Shown: piece after piece, positions 34,967 to 46,353 of the stretch
Layout of the letters: every line of letters starts with the position of its first letter
Position numbering within the stretch: position 1 is the stretch's first letter
DNA from: Basidiobolus meristosporus CBS 931.73
Lineage: Eukaryota > Fungi > Basidiobolomycota
Direction of reading: 5' to 3'
DNA length: 64,000 nt
Assembly (NCBI GenBank): GCA_002104905.1
Contig: MCFE01000062.1
Location: forward strand, 1-64,000
The notes under the pieces: generated by a model
The model's database searches: none
The model's input: only the letters and a program-made list of their open reading frames with translations
Told to the model about the DNA's origin: nothing
Program-made: the position numbers and the translations under genes

Positions 34967-35999
34967 TTACAGCTCTTCGTTTGATCGGTCGTCAAGGGCC
35001 CACAGAGTTTCGCTCTCTCGGTTGTGTCGAACCAATCCGTTGTGCTCCTCTTCGTCATGTACAACCTGGTTTATCATTTTTTTTGACAGCCAATACAGAT
35101 ATACTAGTATACCTATCCCCAAAGAGGCAGCGAGCAGAAGCCCAAACAGCTTCACTGGCGAAGGATGTTGAGTCAGGGAGTCCGTGAAGTTGATCAACTG
35201 AGAACCAATGTAGATTTGTGGTAGCAGCTTGATTAGCGACATGCCAGTTACAACCAGGAATTGGGTAGTTGGTATGGTGGTGCCAGCTAGGGTGACATTT
35301 AGGACATTGTATGGGTAAGGCGCGAACCGAATCAGCAGAAACAGCTTTGTTGGAGGAACGAGCGTTAGAGACTTTTATCGCGCAACGAACCGTCTATTTA
35401 CAAGTTCTCTTACTTTAAATCCCTTCTTTTCAATGGCACGGGTTATATTGGCCATGATGTGATGCGAAGTGAGTATTTTGCGCACATATCCATGTCCATA
35501 CCTGCGGCTGAGTATGAAGCAGCACGTCCCACCAACGTAGGCACCAACGTATGCGGGAACGAACCCAAGCGGAAATCCGTACACAAAGCCGGAGAATGTA
35601 GTCAAGCTACTTAACCCCAAAACTGGCGGAAAGCCAGTACAAGCAATCAATAGAGTTAATACGAGACCTCCCCTATAGTCGGGTATGAGTATGTTAGTCG
35701 CAAGTCTCAGGAATATCCAACCAGAAGAAACCTTACAAAAAACCACGTTCCCTGGTCCATTGACTCAGTTGCTCCAATTTTGGTACTAGAGTATCTTTAT
35801 GCCGTGAGAGCAGAGTGAGAGCTGTTAGCATCATAGAGAGAACCAATAAAGCGGATAAAAGTATCCTCCAACGTTTGAGAAACCTTCCAAGAAGGCTTCT
35901 CTTGGGTTTCCCTTCGTATCTGTCATGGTAGCCTAGTTCTATTGGTATCTCTTCAAACAACCCAAAGCTCCCTCTGGTTTTAACTCTGCTAGAGACCAT
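34967..35999 (-). CDS. TVP38: TVP38/TMEM64 (SNARE-associated/VTT) Golgi membrane protein, multi-exon
   Basis: FPPVLGLSSLTTFSGFVYGFPLGFVPAYVGAYVGGTCCFILSR, AIEKKGFK, LIKLLPQIYIGS. Confidence 0.82.
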
Positions 36000-36717
36000 T
36001 CTTCTTGAGTGAGGTTGAGTGGAGAACTTTCGAATGTTAAAGCAAACAGGTCAGCTAGGACAACCAATATACAGCCAAAAATTGCGACGCAAAGGGGCTA
36101 GGAGGCTGCTAATGTTGGGTAGATTAATATAGGCAAGTCATGGCGATATTTGAAAATGTTGTTTCTCAACTGCGGAGAGGGGGGCCAGCAATGCATATTC
36201 ATTGATAAGCCATCAGGAAGCTTGGCATTTATTTTTCAGGAATTAGTTACACAATCAAAACATCTATGCCTAACTCCAAAGTTGATCCCTAACATGAATG
36301 CTAGGCGAGGGTAGCCATCATAATTGTATTCGAAGCACTCTTATAAGGAGCCGTAAAAAACAATGTATTACATGCGTTGCTATGCTGGCCCCTGTTGGAG
36401 GTAATCGAATTTGTTTGATCATACCAAACATCCTCCTCAGTAGCAGTAAGCTGAGCATCACTCTGCCAACTGAAGGTCACGAAAATCCGTGAGGCCTGAA
36501 TTTACCTATTCCTGGAAAGTCTACCAACAGAATGTTCTCAATGCTGGATAGCAAAGGAGAGCTTTGCATGATTGATAGCATACTAAGTCGATTGACCGTA
36601 TATAAAGCCCCAAACATCCAGCCGTAAACCATGAGAATGAGTAAAGGTCCTTGCTTTATTTGACATCTATTCTAAGACATCTCTAAGAGCTCCATTCAGC
36701 CTGATCTAGATCTTCCA

Positions 36718-37308
36718 ATGGTGAATTATCAGAATGCCATATTGTGGCTGATTGTTGGCCTGAGTCTTTGTTCAGCCCTACCTGTCCCACCAAAACCACA
36801 CACCGCCCAGTATTCGCACTCAGGTAGTTGATTACATTAGCCTATCAAGTAACCTCGTGTGGTTGGTAATTGTTGTTCAGTTCACCTAGAGAAACGACTT
36901 GGGATAGGGATCCGCCTGAAAGCCAGTCACCGAGGGCAATCCAGGAAGACCGGGAAAGATGTAGGCTTCCAAGTTGGAATTGGTTTGGATATAGGGACTG
37001 AAATAGGTGCAAAGGACCATGGAAAAGGCGTAAAGTTAGCCGGACATGCTGGATTGTCTGCAGTCGGCCGAGTTTTTACCGATAAAGGTAGTGTAGAAGG
37101 TGAGGTCCATGTGAAGGGCGAAGCCAAAGTGGAATTGGGGACTGACTCCACCGGGAAGAAGATGGAGCTAAACACTGGTGTCGGCGTGAATGCCAGTGTA
37201 GGAGGTGCGGTGGATCCTGAACCCAAATCCATGCCATGGGATATATCAATGCATGATATAGATCCAGAAGAATTCAAGCGCTTGATGAAGACTAACCAAA
37301 TCAAATAG
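36718..37308 (+). CDS. Small secreted prepro-protein (177 aa), Gly/Val-rich amphipathic beta-strands, unknown function; exons 36718-36823 and 36881-37308
   Basis: ATG 36718 gives signal peptide MVNYQNAILWLIVGLSLCSA. A 57-bp GT-AG intron (36824-36880) joins in frame to the track ORF 36859-37308. Pro-region ends in LEKR. Confidence 0.78.
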
Positions 37309-37376
37309 CTTTGACAATAATTCAGAATTGGAAACTCGCTGAGGAGACATGGTTCTGCATGTACCAACAATTTCTG

Positions 37377-37395
37377 TCTATCTATCTATCTATCT
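37377..37395 (+). repeat. (TCTA)n microsatellite
   Basis: tctatctatctatctatct. Confidence 0.8.
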
Positions 37396-39936
37396 TGCAT
37401 TACATGAGGCTCTATAGAATAGCAGCCTGAATAAACAGAGCTCGGACCGTAACCGCGTGTGTTATTAGTTAAGCAGCGTAGAGAGAAATTATTTCCCTTC
37501 TTCAACCATCGTTGATAAGTAATATAGTATTTGCACAACCATGAATCCACTTTTGAAACAGGTATGAGTTTTCCTGTGCCACAAACCTTTGTTGGTGAGC
37601 TAATCTTGTAGGGCTAGGTCAAGCTCTTGCCTCCATTTGCCTATTTCGTACTTTACTCAAGTTCTTTTCCTAGGGTGGTTGAAGTGCTTTGGGGAAGTGG
37701 AAACAACATATTAATATTATTGAAAGTCTTCTTCTCGTCAACATGGTATTCGTACTCGACGAGGCTCAACACGTAGCAGTTCAGAAGAGAGAACCAGAGC
37801 ATCAGGGAGTCAAAATACCATCTACACCTAAATAGGATGTAAGATCCTCCTATACCAATAGATTTTCTAGAATTAATATCATTGTATGTGATTCGAAGTA
37901 TATGATGCTTAATAGCATGTTTGACAAGTCTATCAAATTTAAATCACTCCGTTTCCAGCTTCTATTCTTACCTTCATTTATACTCCAACCATACGATACT
38001 CTCAATTCTAGCAATCAACTCATAAGAACTAAAGACCCCCCTAGCCGAAATTCGTACGAAGATGGAATATCTTACCAAGCTTCCTTCTCAAGACTCCAGG
38101 AATTTCTCCTCTATGTCAGGAGACCAAAAACTTCAAACTCGCTTTTCCGTTCTTATTCCAACTGAAGATACTGCGCCAGCTAGTCACCAAGGTTGATGTT
38201 AACGCAGTTTTAGCTTTTCCCATGTTAGACCTTAGGAGTAATGGAAATCGCTTCGTCTAGTTAGAATCATATTTCACAAAGTTGAAATTCTTCGTATTCA
38301 CGCTTTCTCATCAATTTAGTGATCGCGACCTCTAGTGGGAATGTTTTGCTTCGCTTTTTGTACAAGAAATTCACCGAACTGGTATGCTTCCCTCAACATT
38401 CCTAGCGGAGTAACCCTAACCCCTCTCCCCCTCCATTCAACTTAGAGCGAAAAAAAGAAAAACGAACAAGCAGAAGAATCACTAAAACGTAACAGTGAGC
38501 ATCTTGATATAGAGGCTGATGAGCAGCGTAAAGTGACCAAAACTGAGTGAAGAATCCTGGTTACTTGTACAAAGAGAGTGACACGTCAGCTTAACTACCT
38601 CTACATAATTCGTTCCTTAACTTCGGTCAACATATGCGCCGCTTATGTAATCTTTTTTGAACCACTGCTTTATTTTCTATCATCGAGGAAGTATTTCAAA
38701 AGTGCCACAAGCCCTTAGCTTAAACACACAAATAAGATCAGCCAAAGTGTTGAGCATAGGAGTTGATATTTAATGGCTGTTTTTTGTTTAGTTGGCTTCT
38801 TGATTATTGAAAATATACATTCCAGCGATTATAACCTTTCTACAAAACATGGCTTCTTTTATTGTCCCCTGAATGTTCGCAAGCTTAGGAAATCTACTTT
38901 TCTATGATGGAGCACCTGGATTCGGTTGAAGTACCATCTCTTGGTTCAACACAGTCTCTAAAACACTTGTCGTTTGTGATTATCTTCGACCTTCTAATCT
39001 ACTTCCAATGATTCACGCTACAGTGCTGCGGTAATACAACAGAATAGATATCATTGATGTATAGAATCCACGTCGAGTTCGGAGCGACTAATCGCATCTA
39101 TATTCTATACACTTCACCCATTACGGATTGAACATCCTCACACACACGCATTTATTGTACAAGCGGAGTTGGATAATCAACGCGCCTCGGTAAAGCAAAA
39201 TCCATTATGTGATTACGGAATACTAATCATTTGAATCTACACTATCAAGATATGACTGCCTACATAGAGCATAGATTGAGATCAAGTATCTTGCCTTCTG
39301 CGTGTTCACCCGCCGTACAAAATCCTTGAGGCCTTCATTGTCGTATCTTATTGTCAGCAGCTGCTTCTGTACATCCTGATTTTTCCGAGTTCCTATGATC
39401 ATTTCCTGGTCATGGCCTACCTGCAATTCCTTGATGACACAATGTGAACTAACAGTCGAAGTCATCATGCCGCAACGGACAAATCAGTTGGTCAATAGGA
39501 GTTACCTCGCATTAATACTAAACATGAACCCCGAATTTAATCATTTCTTCATTCGACCACGAACTGGTAATTTTCAAGAAACCGCCGATACAGGATGACA
39601 GGACATCATCGTTCTGGTGAAGGAAGGATATCTATACTGGGAGTACGTTGGTGAACGTGACACTATTTCGTCGGTGTCTTATTCAAGAAAGTCCATTTTG
39701 TCAGTTTAATTGCTGCATAGGATGCGGTCAACGCTTTGCATATTACGAAAATGAGTTTAATGAAACATGACGGCATAAAAGGGAAAAGTATCATTGATGT
39801 ATATTGGCTCAAATCCAAAGCACAAACGCTCAGTGATCTCGTTTTCGGTGATACGCACCAGAAAAGGAAGTTCATGTTAGAGGGAAGTCATCTAATTACA
39901 CAGTAAACCGCCAGCTATCTGGCTAGGTTTTAATAT

Positions 39937-40410
39937 TCAATCCAGCATCTGACCATTCAAGATTAGACTTTTCATTGGCGATGGTGGCCGGTCCCTCGAC
40001 TTCATCAAGTTCCTTTGGGTAGCCACCTTCATGGACATGCTTCGTTTGGGATAAGTGGGAGGAGAGAATGGTAGATTTGCCTCATTGTTCATTGTACTTG
40101 TAATCCCGCTATACTCAGCACCTTCTGTCAAAGGTCCAGCATCAGCGAAGGAAAATCTCCGAAACTGAGATGGGATCTGTGGACGAGACTTCGGCGAGCT
40201 TGCAATATTGCTCTGACTCCAGGAGGCGTTTTTGGAAAGCATTCCAGGGCTGGTCAATGGCGATGTCGCAAGTTGAGTTGCCGTTGGGGAGGTAGGCGTG
40301 ACGCCAAATGCACTTGAGTTCCAGCTAAATCCGCTCCCACTTATGGATGGCGTACGTTTACGACTGGGGATAGAGAGTGGTTGTGGGCGGCTGGTGGTTG
40401 GCGAACTCAT
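39937..40410 (-). CDS. Small Ser/Pro-rich intrinsically disordered protein
   Basis: ATG at 40410. Many SP/TP and RxxS sites; C-terminal RPPSPMKSLILNGQMLD. Confidence 0.7.
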   Translation of the reverse strand: MSSPTTSRPQPLSIPSRKRTPSISGSGFSWNSSAFGVTPTSPTATQLATSPLTSPGMLSKNASWSQSNIASSPKSRPQIPSQFRRFSFADAGPLTEGAEYSGITSTMNNEANLPFSPPTYPKRSMSMKVATQRNLMKSRDRPPSPMKSLILNGQMLD

Positions 40411-41845
40411 CACTTACTTTTCCCAAAAGAACGTTTAGGAGGGGGTGAAGCTAGTATACAAATAAAAAAGAAATATTGGACCAAATAATGTGGAAGACCA
40501 GTGATAGATTGTGTTTGAGTCTAGCAAAGAGTCAGGAGATTACGAAGGTATAAGAGCAAAAAGGATATTTCACATGGGGCTTTCTGCTCACTATTTAAAT
40601 GAAAATTACTGGTAGCAAGTCACTTGACTCATTGGCCAGCTCATACAGCGAATATCAGTTTTCTAGCTTGGGCCAACTTTAAGGGTGACTCTGAAATTTC
40701 CAAGTCACACCTCACCAAATACACCCCTTTATGTGAGACTACCAAAATAACCAGCATCCCTTATTGTGTCTTAGCATTATTTATTTATTTCCAAGCTGCC
40801 AGAGAGAAAGGAAATCTCCAAGTATAATGGATTACGTCAACAGGCTGATTGCGATCAGCTCTAACGAAATCCAAGGCGCTGTGACCCTTTGTTTGACCCA
40901 ATTAGACTCCAGTGCTCTTAAAGGTAGCAGACTCACAGATCACCATCCAGCTATCCAAAGATTCATTGAATGCTATCTCATGCATATAGATCTAGTGGAT
41001 GGTTGATAATGAATTCCATTGACTAGAGGATCGACTCTCATTGCTTGGATGCGCTATACTTAGTATATGGCGATTCAGCCAAACCAATGCACACTGGGAA
41101 TTTCCGACCCCAACTCTATTGCTTACATATAATGGTGACAGAAATCCATTTACATTATTATGGCCAGAATGGGAATTATGGTTGGGTGTCAATTTGGGCC
41201 AGTTTTTCGTGTTGAGCAAAACAGTGTATTTCCTGACGCTAACCTTTGCTTAACAAGTCAACCCAACTCAGATTATAGACACGCATAGTGATGGGCTCTG
41301 GACATGATGTTATTTCACTTAGGTAGATCTCAAGCGCAAAGCGAACTCGTGTCATAGCAAACTTATCACCAAACATACAGACCTTGATTGCTTCCCAGGA
41401 GTATATGAATCGCTGACAGGATTTACGCATCAACTGGAGAGATAACGAGCCTTCCTAGACTCTGTAGTATGGTCACTACCCTCTGCTTAAAGATGAGGTG
41501 TGCATTATCAGATGTGCGCGAGTATGTACAATTACTTATCAGATGAGCTGGGTTTAGGTATTGATCAAATAATCAGATTGAAAATCAAATAAAATCGAAT
41601 TATTCATATTCATTTCTGTTTAATTTCGCCACTGATGCTTTTGTAGATTTTTATATGCAGATGAGTTTGTATAGGCATGGAATGATATGTGTAGGGGTAT
41701 TCAATCTGATTGTAACATGAGACAAATATAGAAATAGAGTGGTCTCCACTCAACCAAACGTATCAGATCAAATGAGTACCCCTTAAATTGGGGACCCGAG
41801 CTGAAATCCATCTTGAGGTATTTAACGGAGCAGTGAGAACTTCCG

Positions 41846-43078
41846 ATGGCAGGATTCTATTCAGTTTGCTCATCCACAACGTATCCTAATTTCACGAAGA
41901 TTTCCGGAATGCAGAGTGCGAAGATAGTAACCAGAGCCTTTATTACTCCTCATAACTATGCCACTCGACTTGTATGCGGACAAGCCAAAAGGCAATTTCC
42001 CCGTTATATGGTATCGCGAACAAACGACGTACAAGCAGCAGCCATAAATACCGTTCCAATGGAAATGGAGCAAACCACACACCCTTTTAAGCTTCCCTGC
42101 CGTGGCGAGTATAACGTTCTTCTGAACACTTTTTACCGCCAACAGCTTCCTCCTTGCTTGACTTCATTTACCTCCGAAGAGGGAAAAAAGTATTTCAAAG
42201 AAAGCCTGAGTCAAGGGTATGCTGAAGGCTATTTTAATTTGGTTGGGAATTTTACTACGCAAGCTGAGCCCTATTGTAAGTGGAGTACTCTATTCAATGT
42301 TGAAAATCATGTACTCATTTTACATATATCTAGTCTGTGGGCCAAGCTCATTAGCAATGGTTTTAAACGCGATGGAGATTGACCCCAAGAAACGCTGGAA
42401 GGGAAGCTGGAGATGGTAGGTCGAGTCAACATTCACTTCACCGTAACTGAGCTAACACGACTACCGAAGGTTTAGTGAAGAGCTATTAGAAGGGTTCAAC
42501 CCCTCAAAACAAGTTCAACGTAGTGGCGTAAATTTTGCTGAATTCCAAGGTAAATAATGGCTAAACCACTTGAAGAGAAGTCGTATTAATCTGATAATAT
42601 TTCCATTCCAATAGCGTTGGCTCAAAAGCATTGCGATGTTGTAGCAAAGCGGGCTAGTGAGGTGACAATAGGCGACTTCATCGATGACCTTAAAAGAGTG
42701 TGCTCTTCAGGTAGAGAGCATATTGTCATATCCTTTGCTCGTAAAGGCCTAGATCAGGTTGGAGAAGGGCATTTTTCGCCGATTGGTGGCTACAATGTAG
42801 ACCGCCAGCAAGCGCTCATTATGGATGTAACAAGGTGAGCATTGCTTCTACAGTGTATTATTCAAATATGCGCAGTAATTAACAATATTTATTCCTTCAG
42901 ATCGAAGTACCCAAGCTATTATGCTTCCGTAGAGCGCGTTTTTAACTCGATGTGCGAGGTTGATAAAAACACAGGACTTACACGTGGATACTTTATTCTC
43001 AAGTCCAATAGAGAATCCCTGAACAACATATACATGCAAGATACTCCTCACTACACAACCAACTCAGTCATCATGTAA
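41846..43078 (+). CDS. Phytochelatin synthase family protein (catalytic domain only), multi-exon
   Basis: FYRQQLP...SEEGKKYF...FTTQAEPY/FCGPSSLAMVLNAMEIDPKKRWKGSWR/WF, GHFSPIGGY and LIMDVTR/SKYP give a Cys-His-Asp triad. Introns begin near 42276, 42416, 42550 and 42835. Confidence 0.9.
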
Positions 43079-44689
43079 ATATCTACAATGTTGGCTTCCC
43101 TCCAACCTTGTTTCATACTTTAATCCTGAATCGCCCAATCACGTCAACTTATAGAACGTAATTTTGTAACATACACATTGCAACCCTTTCACATGCATAT
43201 TTGAATAAACTGGAAGCAGACCCTTGTCACCAGTACCAAGACGCTATCTTTACTAGCCTGCTGTCTCGACATGCCCTTCATCAGATAAATGAGATTTTTT
43301 TCATTTTTCCCGATCCACGCATCGAACACATAGAACGAAAGAAAGTTACACCCAGAATCACGAGCTCACATTGGACATTGGATCTGATATTGTTCAAATC
43401 CAATTTATCGCGAATTATCCGAAAGCCATGACTAAATTTCCCGCTGATTCCAGTTTTGGACTATCTGATCCGATCTAGGTGCCATGTCGCATAGTTGTCT
43501 TAGGTGGCAGCAATGGCGAGGTCCAAATTACGACATCGAGACCGCATTTGTGAACCCTACCACTGCATATTTCAATTATACCAATTCATCTTCCCCACTG
43601 AAAGTTCGGATGACCCCCCCCCATATCACTATGCTTCGCTCCCTGAAAATCATTACGAGTATTGCAAACGGTCAAGATGCTGACTAAATCGTGTCCTGAT
43701 GTAGGCTCTGATATGCGGTTTCCAATTCCTGATCCACTATTTAGATGTGTTACCGTGTTAGCTGTTCCGCTCGGTCCCAGAAACATCGATTCTTGATGTT
43801 GGTGTTATTCCCTCGGATTGGTTTGATATACTGGGCAATTATCCTCCAATCGCAAACGTCGTTTGGAAAGATTGTGCGTAGGCCGTCAACCAATCAACTG
43901 GTGGCAGGGGCATCCACGTGAATTCCCTTTGATCAGACTTGGTGCCTAATTCCCTACTGGTTAACTACATCTACGCAGGCTGTCTACCTAATTCCATATG
44001 GGCAGTTGTGAGTATCAATGATGGTATCAAACCTCTGTTTGATTTGTTGCTTGCGTCTGCCAGTTTCTTCAAGTGTTGAGTCTGTGGGGGTTATTTTCAA
44101 TGCGCGTAGTAGTACCAATAGCGTACATGCTCTACTTGGAATGAGTTCGTTATTATTGATTACAGAAACCCGATGCGTTGACAAGTCTCTTGCCCAGTGG
44201 TTGCCAATTTATGCCTCGCTATGGATCAATCAATACATATTATTACAAACAGCAACTGTTTAGATTCAATTATTTAATAGTTGTTTTGGTGGATTTCAGT
44301 ATGCACATGGTCCTGAGATTGGCATTTGATTGCACCATGTCAGCTTATTCATCATTCAAGTGATAACAGTCTTAATTGGGTTCAAATTGATTCAATGGAC
44401 AGCCATTTAAACACTATTGATGCTTTGAAATATTATTTCCATAGTATTTGATTGTCCCAAGTATGTGCAGAGTATGTGGAAGCCTGAATGTGTTGATGCT
44501 AGATAATACCGTGGCATACTTGTGGTATACATTGAGAATATTCTGTGACAGTTCATTCTTCCTACAACAAGTGGTACACATATTTGTTGTAAATATTTAG
44601 TTTACACATAACCCATTCACTTACCTCAAGATCCTATTTAGCTTATTGCTAAGTGATGAATTATACACTTGGAGTTTAGTTGGTAGATA

Positions 44690-44860
44690 TTGTCCAGACA
44701 AAGGCCTGGAAGTTATCAAGATTTTTCAAACTCGTCCAAAAGCCCCCAAACTTTGCACACCACTTCCAGGAACCTTTCTTGAGACATCCCTATCATCAAT
44801 TTTATGAAGCTCCCCTAAAAGTTTATGAACTCGAAAAGTGAATATCATGTAATTTTTCTA
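44690..44860 (+). repeat. Degenerate copy of the repeat family seen at 62.5-63.8 kb
   Basis: Shares ccccaaactttgcacac and surrounding similarity with ~63640-63700; lies in a CpG-poor tract. Confidence 0.45.
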
Positions 44861-46353
44861 GTTCTCCAAATCACTTCCTATGTTCCCTAGAATCTTGCAA
44901 CAATGCTAACCCGTCAATAGTAGATGGTTGTTCAGTTATCAACACAGCTATTTTGCAAGAATACCAACTGGTGAAGCTAATGGTATGAGTCCTTTTAATT
45001 AAAATAAGCATACTGTATTCCCCACAGTGGAACCTATCATTCTTGACACCCTGCGTTTCCGGATTTCTGCTAAACACCTTGCATATTATGATGCCAAGAC
45101 CAATCTTGGCGATTCTATCTAGAGTATCCGCTAGGGGCTTCAGGAACATTCCGATATTACAAGAAATATCAGCGCACCTTATGCAAACAATGTATCTGGT
45201 GATGGCATGCGAATGCAGGGATAAACGAAGCCAACCGTTGTCGATTCATATCGCTCCAACAATATCCACAGTCTGTTTCATATTGGCGACTTAAAGGCAG
45301 CGTGACAGAAAGCAGGGTGGCGTCTTTGCATGAGGCTTTAAAGCATTGTCTCAACTACATGGTTGAATTTCCTGAATCGCCCAAGAATTCTCGTCGACTC
45401 TCGCGACTGGCATTGCTTGCCTAGTCGACTAATAGACGAACACTGATTACATTTTCGAATTAGCGGTGTTTGCTGGTGTGAGCTTTCGTATATGTCGCGT
45501 GCCATTCGTTATATGAATAAAGCAGGCCAACCACCATAAATAAAGATGCCCCAGATAAATATCAAAGAGTATAGAATGAGCTTAAGCAGTCGTAATCTTG
45601 AGTCTTGAAATGCCGCCTTGTTATTCCTTACCCAATGACGTATCTTCATATAGAAATGCAGGCTTGTGACGGATTCATGAACATGCCCTGAGCAAAATCA
45701 TTGTCGTGGGGATGGTGAGCAATTATAGTAGACTTCCATCAGGGACTGTTTTGCTAGCATTTCAAGGGCTACTTTCAATACACCGGATTATTTTGATGCT
45801 ATGGTTAGCTCCACATTACACACCGAGAGGGTGTTCATATACCTGCACCATCAAAACTGGAGCTATTGGCTCACAGGGAAGCACTATTTATTTCATGTAT
45901 TAGCATATCAAGCAACCGATGAGGATCGTCGAGTATGCAATAAATATTTCTTCAAGTAAACTCAGCAAATACTTTATGTCCGATTGGCTCAGCGTCATCA
46001 ACCAAGCCTAAAATGATGTACACTTGCATGGAAATGACAATATCGCTCGCCGAGGGTTTGTATGGCTAACAAAGTTAACGACGCCTACAAATTGTAAAAC
46101 CTTGTCGCAAATAACCATGCCTACATAACTTCGAATGGTATGCCACTCTACCAATCTTATAAAGAGTCCCAGCAATACGATTTGGTATTGAGATTAACGA
46201 TTAACCCTGACTATTCTCTATTTTGACTTCGGTTACGGTTTGGCTGATTTATAAGGTTTCCCCACACCAATCCCCAAGGAACTTGTAACCCGTTCCCTTT
46301 AAACTGTATCTAATTTCTTTCACCTTAATCTCTAACCCAATTAAAGTGCCATC

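Noticed and set aside
37700-37835. Short frame containing FVLDEAQH, a Walker-B-like motif
   Set aside because: No Walker A or extended homology visible; may be a pseudogene scrap but cannot be supported.
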